This document shows, one piece after another, positions 33,789 to 47,162 of a stretch of 64,000 nt of DNA (the first letter of the stretch is position 1; each line of letters begins with the position of its first letter). The stretch comes from Antedon mediterranea. Taxonomy: Eukaryota; Animalia; Echinodermata. The stretch lies in the NCBI RefSeq assembly GCF_964355755.1, contig NC_092675.1, forward strand, positions 9,419,812 through 9,483,811, read 5' to 3'. Position numbers and translations under genes: made by a program. The notes under the pieces are model-generated. The model was not told the DNA's origin. It saw nothing but the letters and a program-made list of their open reading frames with translations, and did no database searches.

Positions 33789-36206
33789 ATGACAGAGATG
33801 AAAGCCAATGGTATGGATATTTCTCTGGTAATGGACAGTGAGCGGGAACTTCGCAGTCGTATAGTTGAGATGCGTAAACTCGTAAACCTTTCACTTGGAC
33901 TTGCAATTGTATGTACAGTTTTACTATTTATAGTAATACCAACTGTATGTAGCATCATCGGGTCAGATAAAGCACGTATAGATCACCTGACAAGAAATGA
34001 AGTAGGTTCAACTTTTGATTACAATTAAAATGACGCATACCATTTTGAAATTATGAGAAGTATGAAGATAGTGATTATTTGTTTCAACATACAGTATTTC
34101 ATTAAATTTCAGGAACAAATTCTAAAGTTATCAACTATAGGAGATTACAGTTCAGACAACGGTTCACAAAAGAAAAGTAGGTCTGAGAATATTATGCATA
34201 GAAATTGAAATATTGTATAAAGGTCATACATGCCGATTATTTAAACACTAGTAAAGTTAGGTTTGCGGTACACCACATTTCCAAAAGGAAATAAAAGTAA
34301 GGTTTGAGAATGTCTCAACATGTTTGTGCTACAGCCGTCTTCTGGACAAGAGAATGAAGACGATTTTAACTTAACAACTCAAACATCGAGACACATCCTT
34401 CTTTTTTTTTGGAAACACAGGTGTATCGCAATTTTAATATGCACATTCACAAGATAAAAAAAATGGCACAGGTTTCATTTGGCGTTTGACCAAAGTGTTT
34501 CAAAGAACTGTGCCTAAATTACACTCTCAGGAAATGTATTTGGATGTGTGGAAGGGATCACACATTAGCTTTCATAGATGTCAGAATAATGTAATTAAAT
34601 TAAATCCGTGTTTTTTGAAATACCATAGAAACCTTGTTGCTTTTACTTTTTTTTTCTTCTTAGTCTTAAATAATTGTAGTAGGCTGAAATGGAACTGTTT
34701 TAAATATTCTCTTCTCTCTCTCTTTGTTTTTGTAGATTTTTTTATATGAAATTGTTTGTAATTGATGTAAAGGTCTTTTGAAAAAATCTCCAATCCTGTT
34801 TTTTTTGCTTTTCGGATATACTTGCCTTTGAATTGTTTTGATGTTTTTTATTCAACTGAAGCAAAGATACCGAGATATATATTACATTAAGGAAGATTTT
34901 ACAACACAGATCTAAAATATTTCATTTATTACTTTGTAGTTTGCATGCTTCTGTATAGGTTTATATGGTTGTTTTTGTTTTAGTTACAGTACCACTACCA
35001 GAGTCTAAAATTACTCTATTCACACGTTGGGGGCGTATAGATTGTCCCGAAACTGCTGAATTGATATACAAAGGTAAAATGTTTTAATATTCTGGAATAT
35101 TGAATCATCAAAACATTCTTCCATGTTCCTATTCAATATAACATTTTGAGTAAACCGAACTGAGAAGAATATTAAGCTTCAATTGCACTGGATTTTATTT
35201 GGTAAAATTAACGGAGTTGAAAAAAAACTATAATATGACAGTTAATTTTACCACCACTGTGCCCTGTAGAAGTTAACATGGCATGGTCTTGGTAGACACA
35301 CTTGCTTGTCCACTAACCAGGTGAAACATGGAGTAAATTCTTTACTCCATGGGTAAAATTATCCAAGTGTGAAAAATGGTAACATTTATTGATGGTCCTG
35401 GGTGCATTATTTTTTTCCCTTTTAGGTTAAGGCAAAAACTATAGAGGGACTGAATCCATACATGAAGCATCGAGAGAAAGAGAGTACATTAACTCCGATC
35501 TGCACATGCATCAGAGAGTGTGTTTTGCAAGTATGACATCAGGAGCTCAGGCATAAATCATGAATATTCATGATATATGCACACCCTCTATAGTTTCTAA
35601 TAAAATAGGAAACAAAATAATGCGTCCTGGGTAAAGTTACCATAGTTAAATTTACCTTTTTAAAAAATCCAGTGCAAACAAGACTCTAGACTTTAATAAT
35701 CTTTCCTAGGTATGACATCTGGGGCACCATATGGTTCTACAGGAAGCGGTGCAAACTTTCTCTGTATGACTGAAAAACCACAGTACAACTTCACGGTAAC
35801 AGGACATCAGGCAGAAAGAGGGTCAATATATGGTACGGAATACAGGTATGGAGATAAGCAGTTTAGCCCACTATCTGACAATCATGCCCATGATGTCCCT
35901 TGTGCTGTTTGCCAAGCCCCACGAAGTGCCACACTTATGATGCCAGCGGTCACAGAATGTCCGAACAGTTGGACTAAAGAATATGGTGGATACCTAATGA
36001 CCTCTCGCGATAACCATAAACGTACAGAGTTTATCTGCGTGGATGGTAATCAATCTGTTGTGCCTGGTACAAGTAAGGTAGTTTCAGTATCCCAAGCCAG
36101 TACGTTGTTCCTCGTTGAGGGGAGATGCAACACAGAAGGCGGTGGACTGCCTTGTTCTCCTTACAAAGAAGCATTTGAGCTACCTTGTGTAGTTTGTACT
36201 AGGTAA
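33789..36206 (+). CDS. Copy 3: predicted type II membrane protein with short-chain-collagen C4/NC1-like domain, 285-287 aa
   Basis: Exons 33789-34001, 34113-34176, 34984 (or 34990)-35073, 35710-36206, GT-AG and in frame. Same motifs as copy 2. Confidence 0.9.
35186..35674. mobile_element. MITE with CACTG termini in intron 3 of copy 3
   Basis: CACTGGATTTT...GGTAAA / TTTACC...AAAATCCAGTG inverted ends. TSD unclear. Confidence 0.6.
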
Positions 36207-37580
36207 TATACTCAAAATAGACACGTACAATCCAAGAAGCATTTGAGCTACCTTGTGTAGTTTGTACTAGGTAATATACTCAAAATAGACACTTACAATC
36301 CAAGAAGCATTTGAGCTACCTTGTGTAGTTTGTACTAGGTAATATACTCAGAATAGACACTTACAATCCAAGAAGCATTTGAGCTACCTTGTGTAGTTTG
36401 TACTAGGTAATATACTCAGACACTTACAATCCAAGAAGCATTTGAGCTACCTTGTGTAGTTTGTACTAGGTAATATACTCAGACACTTACAATCCAAGAA
36501 GCATTTGAGCTACCTTGTGTAGTTTGTACTAGGTAATATACTCAAAATAGACACTTACAATCCAAGAAGCATTTGAGCTACCTTGTGTAGTTTGTACTAG
36601 GTAATATACTCAAAATAGACACTTACAATCCAAGAAGCATTTGAGCTACCTTGTGTAGTTTGTACTAGGTAATATACTCAAAATAGACACTTACAATCCA
36701 AGAAGCATTTGAGCTACCTTGTGTAGTTTGTACTAGGTAATATACTCAAAATAGACACTTACAATCCAAGAAGCATTTGAGCTACCTTGTGTAGTTTGTA
36801 CTAGGTAATATACTCAAAATAGACACTTACAATCCAAGAAGCATTTGAGCTACCTTGTGTAGTTTGTACTAGGTAATATACTCAAAATAGACACTTACAT
36901 TCCAAGAAGCATTTGAGCTACCTTGTGTAGTTTGTACTAGGTAATATACTCAAAATAGACACTTACAATCCAAGAAGCATTTGAGCTACCTTGTGTAGTT
37001 TGTACTAGGTAATATACTCAAAATAGACACTTACAATCCAAGAAGCATTTGAGCTACCTTGTGTAGTTTGTACTAGGTAATATACTCAAAATAGACACTT
37101 ACAATCCAAGAAGCATTTGAGCTACCTTGTGTAGTTTGTACTAGGTAATATACTCAAAATAGACACTTACAATCCAAGAAGCATTTGAGCTACCTTGTGT
37201 AGTTTGTACTAGGTAATATACTCAAAATAGACACTTACAATCCAAGAAGCATTTGAGCTACCTTGTGTAGTTTGTACTAGGTAATATACTCAAAATAGAC
37301 ACTTACAATCCAAGAAGCATTTGAGCTACCTTGTGTAGTTTGTACTAGGTAATATACTCAAAATAGACACTTACAATCCAAGAAGCATTTGAGCTACCTT
37401 GTGTAGTTTGTACTAGGTAATATACTCAAAATAGACACTTACAATCCAAGAAGCATTTGAGCTACCTTGTGTAGTTTGTACTAGGTAATATACTCAAAAT
37501 AGACACTTACAATCCAAGAAGCATTTGAGCTACCTTGTGTAGTTTGTACTAGGTAATATACTCAAAATAGACACTTACAA
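36166..37580 (+). repeat. 21-unit 68-bp minisatellite built from the copy 3 C-terminal codons, stop and 3' UTR
   Basis: Unit AAGAAGCATTTGAGCTACCTTGTGTAGTTTGTACTAGGTAATATACTCAAAATAGACACTTACAATCC. Units 4 and 5 are 63 bp. Confidence 0.97.
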
Positions 37581-39815
37581 ACTACAACAAGGTACTGTAT
37601 ACTGTACATTAGATGAAATACTTATATTACTAAATACTAATAATAATATTTTAGATAAGCAGGAAAGATTAGAATTATTATGTGTACATTTTTCCTTCCT
37701 GCCTGTAGTAGTAGCTGAAATATTGATATAAATATCCATTGATTTTAAATAAAATACTGTACTGGTTTTATAAAGTATTTTTTAAATTGTAAATAATGCA
37801 CTTTTTTAGTCACCTTATATGTGACTTGTTTTGTATTTTTTTTAAAGCATTTTATATTTTCATAACCCCCAAAAACTGCAAAGTTGACCTCGGTTCCTGG
37901 AACACGCCAACAATTTAAGACTGTTCAACTATAGAGTGTTGTATAAACACAGCCTTAGATGTGTCCAAGACCTACTTCGTTTGAAAAAACAAAATCATCA
38001 GTTTATGGTAAAGTAATCTAAAATAGATTTGATCAGCAATCAATCATCCCACATGTCAATCAATGGCTTTGGATTTAGGGATAACAGGATTTAAGTAAGA
38101 GATGATTGATTGAATAGACAGCCAATATGATTTGTTACCCCGTTCTACTTTTTCTCTGCCAATTGGTATTATTTTTTTTTAGGAAATAAAAACAAAAGAA
38201 CAGCTCTAAGATATCATGTCACTTTTCTGTATGACTCATCTATATTTATATGGCGTTTCATACGTGTATTACTTGATTTTGGATACTCCGTCTGGGGAAA
38301 CACGCACAAGTCACGTGGTTTGACACCAAGAATTCTTGGTGCATACGATTATCCAGTTGACTAGTTTCAGCCGCATGCAATTGGCTACTCACTCGTACGG
38401 TGTTTTAATATTCATATTTCAGAATTTCAAAGGCTCAACAACTAAGATGATGCGCATGCGTTATGATACGTTTAGACAATGTGTGGAGACGTACACACGT
38501 GTGTACTTTTGTACATTAATAAAAGTTTCTGATGGCTAGAAAGGATTTTATATGCCTAGTACTAGTAGTCTGGTAAAAATTTGATGGGATTGTGCCGGTG
38601 GTGGTATGTACCTTATTGACGTTTTTTTCTAGGAGGCCTAGACAATTAATAAACAAAAAAACTTGGCAACACGATTTTATATTTCAACAGTTGTTCAGTC
38701 TCCATCGTACATTCAGCACTGTACGTACTCTATCTTTTCATTTTTAAACAAAATGATCATTGATTGGTTCAAAATCCATATTTACATACCGCCCACCCTA
38801 TATAGCCAAATACGGTATGATATTCCTATGTCATTCTTATCGGATGTTTGCGGTCTGCAAATCGATTTCTATACGTATTTCACGAGTCTGTATTTTCAGA
38901 CAAAAATCAAAATGACGACGTGTGGAATGACATAAAAAAGACATTCTCTCCCTGAAAAAAATATTTTTTTAAATGTTTTTGTTGTATATATGCCATTTTA
39001 ATGTCACATAAAATGTATTCATTTTTTAAAGCAAACAAAAATGTTTGTTTAATCCTCATTTTTCTTCTCTTTATGTGTTTTATTTAGCCAAGCAGAAAAA
39101 AAAATATGCCTAAAATTCAGAAATATAATCTGGAATAATTAATATGACTGACAAAACATGGGAAAACAATACAAATTTAAAGGGGATAAAATCAAATGAT
39201 GTAATGTATGTTAATATTTTAAAAAGTGCTATGTAATGGTAGGTGCAAATAAATTCTCAGGTGAATTAGTAAGTATGTGGCTAGACATAGAGATCAGTGT
39301 AACAGTCATTCCTTTATGACTACATCAAATAAATTTGATGATATATGGTAATTCACAATTTAATGTTCATAAAATATTTAGAATGTGAAGTACAAATAAT
39401 ATGAATTTCTTTCAATTTGTTCTGAGTATAGTGTATAAACAATTTAGCTATCAAGCAGTGACAACAACTGATTTTTTATTTAATAACTGTTAAAAACTTT
39501 GTTTGCTTTTTAAAACATTCCAATTAGAATTTTTCTTTTTCTAAGTTTAGTTCTGTAGTCAACTGATTTTACTTAATTGTATTTTATAAATGTCTCAGAA
39601 AGTTTGTTTGGCTAATAGTACACAGACTGAAACAATCGATGTGAATTATGGGTCTGAGTGCCTATAGTATCAGTATCATCTATGTTTTCATGTATTATAA
39701 ATACAGTATCTGTCTTGGTTATGTCATATTTTGTCTATACAAATGATTCAGAAAGAAGAGATAAGAAACAGCAGGGAAAAGTGACGCAAGCAGTGGCATA
39801 CAGCTACAGTATGAG

Positions 39816-40247
39816 CTCTGATGCTTGGTTCCCACTAGGACGCAACACAAGGACGTAGGTCACAAAGCCTCTGATGCTTGGTTCCCACAAGGACGCAACA
39901 CAAGGACAGAGGTCACAAAGCCTTTGATGCTTGGTTCCCACTAGGACGCAACACAAGGACGTAGGTCGCAAAGCCTCTGATGCTTGGTTCCCACTAGGAC
40001 GCAACACAAGGACAGAGGTCACAAAGCCTTTGATGCTTGGTTCCCACTAGGATGCAACACAAGGACGTAGGTCACAAAGCCTCTGATGCTTGGTTCCCAC
40101 TAGGACGCAACACAAGGACGTAGGTCGCAAGGCAACAAATTGACCAATCACAAGCAACAGTTGAAATAAGCCTAGCTTTAGATTGGTCAATTTGTTTGCA
40201 TTGCGGCTTACGTCTTTACGTTGCGTGCTAGTGGGAACCAAGCTTTA
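39816..40247. repeat. 53-bp tandem repeat (6 units) of the left end of a Harbinger-like MITE; the last unit continues as the complete MITE (~40087-40244)
   Basis: Unit contains GCTTGGTTCCCACTAG, mirrored by CTAGTGGGAACCAAGC at 40228-40243. Sister MITE at 54200-54378. Confidence 0.9.
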
Positions 40248-41755
40248 CAGGCTTAACCAGGGATCCAAAACTCAAGGAGGGCCAAGAGCATGGATATTCT
40301 GAATACAGTATAACTATAAGTTAAAAAATAATAGATTTCAGGAAAGGGACCTTTTCTATTAATGCTACCAACACTTTATATAGCGCCCATTTCTATGAAA
40401 AGCTCATATTAAATCAGCGGCGCTTCACATACTGTCATAACATGTTTTAAAAAAATCTTATTTTAAGTCCTAATTGTACAGTATCTAATTCTATTAAATT
40501 CGACACCAAAAGATTATTTGTTTATAAAAATTATTTTACGTATATTTTTTCATTTTGAACTGCTAAATTCTAGTATAAACTGCATGAAGCAAATATTGGA
40601 TTATGTGTATTCCAATTTCAAGTGGGGGGATGGATAGGATTAAACTAAAAAACATGGGATCAGGTCACCTCTTCCACTAGGGGGATGAATGCGATTAATG
40701 TCAAACCAAGAGGGTCTCATGTCACCTTTTAGATGAGGTCAGCTTTCCGACACATTATCCAGGAACAGAGATTACCCGCTTCCAAACCAAGATCACGGAT
40801 TGATAAATGGTGAAATGTGGATTACGTTAGCACGCATGCCATGCATTTGGGAATATATAGGAACAAATTCAACCCTTGCATTCCATCTTAAAATGAAACT
40901 TTGTCAGTCCTGTCTAAAGAACATTAAAGGCTCTGTTTAAACTCACGTTCTTTCTGTTTAATTTATTATGGAGTGTGTTCTCATCAAGAAAACCCTGTCA
41001 AGTTCACTGTGATGCTCTGCTGGGTTGCTGCTTTGTTTTAAGTTCATCTTATACTCATTTATTGATTTGATTCTGACTATAGTATAATGAAACATTACTA
41101 ATATAGCAATGGAATGAATATTAAATGAATAAAAAAAGGTACCATGGTGAACACAATATGTATGAAAATGGCAGCGTGACATACCATATCCAAAGTGACA
41201 TAACTGAAAACATTGGAAAGTTCTGACAGCTAACTGTATAATTATTATAAGACTCTTAATTAAATGATTAAGAACTCAGAAACTTAGTGAAACACTTGTC
41301 AAATGAAACATTTCTGCCCATATTCAGATTTGAATAAACTTTTGTGACATCACAAATTCACTTTTATTCAAATAAAATCTACCATTTTAATTTTTTTTAT
41401 TAAACTTTGTTTAATGAGGGTGAGACACCTCAACTGTGACCTAAAAATGCAGTGTCTATACCCATTCTACTATGTCATTGTATAAATATATTTTATAATG
41501 AAATTGCTTTGCATCCTCTACATACTGTATGATTGGAGCAGGCTTAATCAATTTGTTCTATCTAGTTGACTTTTATCAGTTAAGGTGATAAATACACCCG
41601 ACAAGACAAAATTCTATCTGCAAGTTTAGTTTCATTTTCTACAGTTTTCTCGATAAACAGCCAATAAACAATAAACAGCCAATAAACAATATTGTATCGG
41701 AAGTCTGTATTTAAATTTTGTGAAATAGTAAACTACAGAGGGCAGTACAATTCAA

Positions 41756-42870
41756 AGTGAAATTAAAATAAAGTGTTACCGTGTTGGCATTTGGTAGTGA
41801 ATGCACAGTATTCATAGTGAAATTAGAAATAAAGTGTTACCATGTTGGCATTTGGTAGTGAATGCACAGTATTCATAGTGAAATTAGAAATAAAGTGTTA
41901 CCGTGTTGGCATTTGGTAGTGAATGCACAGTATTCATCTCTTGCAGACTTGTTGGCATTTGGTAGTGAATGCACAGTATTCATCTCTTGCAGACTTGTTG
42001 GCATTTGGTAGTGAATGCACAGTATTCATCTCTTGCAGACTTGTTGGCATTTGGTAGTGAATGCACAGTATTCATCTCTTGCAGACTTGTTGGCATTTGG
42101 TAGTGAATGCACAGTATTCATCTCTTGCAGACTTGTTGGCATTTGGTAGTGAATGCACAGTATTCATATCTTGCAGACTTGTTGGCATTTGGTAGTGAAT
42201 GCACAGTATTCATCTCTTGCAGACTTGTTGGCATTTGGTAGTGAATGCACAGTATTCATCTCTTGCAGACTTGTTGGCATTTGGTAGTGAATGCACAGTA
42301 TTCATATCTTGCAGACTTGTTGGCATTTGGTAGTGAATGCACAGTATTCATCTCTTGCAGACTTGTTGGCATTTGGTAGTGAATGCACAGTATTCATCTC
42401 TTGCAGACTTGTTGGCATTTGGTAGTGAATGCACAGTATTCATCTCTTGCAGACTTGTTGGCATTTGGTAGTGAATGCACAGTATTCATCTCTTGCAGAC
42501 TTGTTGGCATTTGGTAGTGAATGCACAGTATTCATATCTTGCAGACTTGTTGGCATTTGGTAGTGAATGCACAGTATTCATCTCTTGCAGACTTGTTGGC
42601 ATTTGGTAGTGAATGCACAGTATTCATCTCTTGCAGACTTGTTGGCATTTGGTAGTGCATGCACAGTATTCATATCTTGCAGACTTGTTGGCATTTGGTA
42701 GTGAATGCACAGTATTCATATCTTGCAGACTTGTTGGCATTTGGTAGTGAATGCACAGTATTCATATCTTGCAGACTTGTTGGCATTTGGTAGTGAATGC
42801 ACAGTATTCATCTCTTGCAGACTTGTTGGCATTTAGTAGTGAATGCACAGTATTCATCTCTTGCAGACTT
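41756..42870. repeat. Compound minisatellite: ~3 x 61-bp units, then ~21 x 46-bp units
   Basis: Shared core GTTGGCATTTGGTAGTGAATGCACAGTATTCAT. The 46-mer adds CTCTTGCAGACTT. Confidence 0.95.
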
Positions 42871-44002
42871 ACATTAGATGAAAATAATATTTTCTCCTGC
42901 TACTACGCTAATCTAGAAAATATAAAACATCATAAATAGTGAGTTATTCCATGCAGAATATGGAGAAAAGAATATGCAACACAATTTTTTGTTTTAAGCT
43001 GTCTACAATTTCAAATCAGTTTTCAAGACAAACAAAATGTAATGTGCCCAAATATGGTAGTGATATGACATCATCATGTCCATATATGGGCACATCACAT
43101 AGTTTGGTAGTGCTTTACAGTACAAGAGCATCATAAATTTATTCTAGAATCTACTATTAAAATGACACCATTATTTTCCTATAATGGAAAAAGCGTGATA
43201 TAAAATCACTGTTGTCAATAACAGCTAAAATTATACAAATATATTCCAACCATGAGGGAAAGGGTGGGGAGATACTGATTTTCTATTCTGACATATATCA
43301 CAGACTTGAAAATTGTCTTCTTTTCTTTGCCCCAAATAGAATTGAACAGCCTACCAATTCTGATAGTAATCAATAAATTAACAGATAAAACAAAGAGGAA
43401 ATTGACCCCAATTAACTGTAGCAAACATGTTTTATTGAATAGATGTTTCCTGTCCAAACTCAAAAGTGCTTTTTTTCAATTTATTTTTTGTGCTTCTGTT
43501 CATCTTTAACTTGACAGGACATTACCCTTCTAAAACTATACGTCACACCCACTGTATGAGAAATATGTAGGTAATTTTAGACATATACTGTAGGATACTA
43601 CTGTATGAGTAAAGCCCCATTTATACTAGGACGATAACGATCAATAATAAATAGATAAATATGCATTTTTCCTGCATAAAACAAAGAATTTTTCACCATA
43701 GAACTATAGGAAACCATCTACGGTGAAAATATTTTCACACTTTCAATCAAATGACGTCATGATTAATAAAAGAGCAATAATATTTTGACCATAGAATGAT
43801 TTTAATGTTAATGATTATGACTTTTGCTGGAAGTAGATCTCTCTCCAGCCAGTTCAGATGAGTTTTTACAAGAAATGCTTACCAATCATTTTTTCCCATG
43901 ATATAGTCCCTCCTCCTAAAATCAGCCAAATTTTGTTGTGTTCTAGAGGGTGGGATTATAGTTATACCAGGAAAAAAACGTTAATTTCATCAAAGATAGT
44001 AT

Positions 44003-45180
44003 GATTTCGATCCAAGTCGGCCCTAAACCGTCTCGGCCAAAGTCAAGTCGGCCCCAAGTCAAGTCGGCCCCAAGTCAAGTCGGCCTCAAGTCAACTCGGC
44101 CTCACGTCAACTCGGCCAAAAAATAATCGGTCAACTCGGCCCCGTTAAAGTATGGAATGCAAAAGGTGCAAAGGAAGGGGATTGATAAAATAATATTTCT
44201 TCACATTTTATTACCTATGAATAATTCTGACTTTTAATGAATATTAATATTTAGACAATAATACTTTTAGCAAAAAAAAAAAGAAGGATTTCACCAATTT
44301 TTCTTTATTTACGTTTAATAAAATTTCAAATTGCACAAATTGTTCTGAAATTGCGCATAACAAACAATTGATTAATAAGCTAGCATTCATACTATTATTA
44401 ATGATTACAATATGAACATTTGGATAATAAATAGGAACACATTGTAGGCATACACCCAATATGATGATGCACGTACGTGGGCGCGTATGTTCGTTCGTCC
44501 GTCAAAATTCAATAAACATGTCCGATATGCGAGGACATATATTAGGTGTAATAAGATTGTTTGGTTGGATTGTTTGGTTGAATCATTGAGGTATTAATTA
44601 ATGTTAACTCTATGGTAGAATCACGCGTAGATTTCTTCAGTGTATGCATTTGATTAGGCGACAACATCTGAAACCAATTTGTAGCTGCGCCTCCCTGTGC
44701 CTTTGGCAGCTATTTCGATATTACAACTGCTACGTGTTTTCGCTGACCGGGGATTCCCCTTTTTTAAAAATGCAAATCATGGACAAAAACGATATGTACA
44801 GTACGATCATTTTTCTATGGCCAAATGGTGGAACCATGGAGCTATAATAGCTCCATGATGGTCTTCGATTTACTAAAATGTGGTACCTGTTACTGCACTT
44901 GTTTTTGTAAAACGCGGGTACTTCTATTCATATCGGCAATGATATCATTTTTTTATTTTCTTATTTCTTAATTTTTTTTAAAGAGTGGATAGTAATAATC
45001 ATAATAATATTAAGCAATTTTTGCGTTCCATACTTTATTGTGGCCGAGTTGACCGATTAGTTTTTGGCCGAGTTGACGTGAGGCCGAGTTGACTTGAGGC
45101 CGAGTTGACTTGGGGCCGACTTGACGTGGGGCCGACTTGACTTTGGCCGAGACGGTTTGGGGCCGACTTGACCTGCACCC
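44003..45180. mobile_element. Non-autonomous TIR element with ~170-bp TIRs made of CAAGTCGGCC repeats (MULE-like)
   Basis: 44012-44172 is the reverse complement of ~45014-45170. Direct repeat GATAGTAT at 43995-44002 and 45181-45188. Confidence 0.82.
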
Positions 45181-45433
45181 GATAGTATAAATGGAAATCC
45201 TATAGTTATAGAATGAATCATACAGTAATACTATCAAACGAATTATAGTGAAAAAAAAAATGTTAAAAATAATGTAAACTTATTATGTTCAAATTAAATT
45301 TTTAAAAGGCCAAAAAATACCAAAGCCCCAAAAAGAAACTTGAAAATGAAAGATTAATAATTAATTAAGATGTACAGTAGTTAGAATACGATAAAAGCTT
45401 TTTTTTTTAAACAGTTTTTTTTAAGGTAGCAAA

Positions 45434-46791
45434 TGGTCTGAAAGTTAAGGATGTACCGGTCAGAAAGTTATGGACGTACCGGTCTGAAAGTTAAGTACTG
45501 GTCTGAAAGTTAAGGATGTACCGGTCAGAAAAAGTTATGGACGTACCGATCTGAAAGTTATGGACGTACCGGTCTGAAAGTTAAGTACTGGTCTGAAAGT
45601 TAAGGATGTACCGGTCCGAAAGTTATGGACGTACCGGCCTGACAGTTATGGACGTACCGGTCTGAAAGTTATGGACGTATCGGTCTGAAAGTTATGGACG
45701 TACCGGTCTGAAAGTTATGGACGTACAGGTCTGAAAGTTATGGACGTACCGGTCTGAAAGTTATGGACGTACCGGTCTGAAAGTTATGGACGTACCGGTC
45801 TGAAAGTTATGGACGTACCGGTCTGAAAGTTATGGACGTACCGGTCTGAAAGTTATGGACGTACCGGTCTGAAAGTTATGGACATACCGGTCTGAAAGTT
45901 ATGGACGTATCGGTCTGAAAGTTATGGACGTATCGGTCTGAAAGTTATGGACGTACCGGCCTGAAAGTTATGGACGTACCGGTCTGAAAGTTATGGATGT
46001 ACCGATCTGAAAGTTATGAATGTACCGGCCTGAAAGTTATGGACGTACCGGTCTGAAAGTTATGGACGTACCGGTCTGAAAGTTATGGACGTACCGGTCT
46101 GAAAGTTATGGACGTACCGGTCTGAAAGTTATGGACGTACCGGTCTGAAAGTTATGGACGTACCGGTCTGAAAGTTATTGACGTACCGGTCTGAAAGTTA
46201 TTGACGTACCGGTTTGAAAGTTATGGACGTACCAGTCTGAAAGTTATGGACGTATCGGTCTGAAAGTTATGGACGTATCGGTCTGAAAGTTATGGACGTA
46301 TCAGTCCGAAAGTTATGGATGTACCGGCCTGAAAGTTATGGATGTACCGGTCTGAAAGTTATGGATGTACCGATCTGAAAGTTATGAATGTACCGGCCTG
46401 AAAGTTATGGATGTACCGGTCTGAAAGTTATGGACGTACCGGTCTGAAAGTTATTGACGTACCGGTCTGAAAGTTATGGACGTACCGGTCTGAAAGTTAT
46501 GGATGTACCGGTCCGAAAGTTATGGACGTACCGGTCCGAAAGTTATGGACGTACCGATCTGAAAGTTATGGACGTACCGGTCTGAAAGTTATGGACGTAC
46601 CGGTCTGAAAGTTATGGACGTACCGGTCTGAAAGTTATGGACGTACAGGTCTGAAAGTTATTGATGTACTCGTCTGAAAGTTATGGATTTACCGTTCTGA
46701 AATTTATGGATGTACCGGTCTGAAAGTTATGGATGTACCGGTCTGAAAGTTATTGACGTACCGGTCTGAAAGTTATGGACGTACCGGTCTG
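45434..46791. repeat. 23-bp minisatellite, ~59 copies
   Basis: Unit GGTCTGAAAGTTATGGACGTACC. Confidence 0.96.
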
Positions 46792-47162
46792 TAAATTATG
46801 GGGAAAAAACATGCACACAGTAACCAATGTAAACTTTCAAACATTATTTATTGAACTACAAAGTGTTATTCAAAAGAAGAGTTTTTTTCTTCATATAACA
46901 CATTATCTCTTTATTTTTACACTAAATGTACAGTTTAGGTTTGAAAATTCAAGTATTCTTAATGGTAAAAGAACCTGTTCCTTAGAGTGTAAGAGGACCT
47001 AAAAATACACTGTGTTTCTGTCAATCAAACATTGTTAAAATGTTGCATTCATATTACACAATCAATGTTGGCACATGAATCAGTATAGTATTATATTATT
47101 TTTCATTAATGATACTAGAACCTTTGACTGATGTGACTAGTTAAACTGGGATTTAATTTGAG

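Noticed and set aside
40947-41073. Minus-strand exon-like segment bounded by CAG and GTGAGT
   Set aside because: Stops in all three frames and no identifiable protein.
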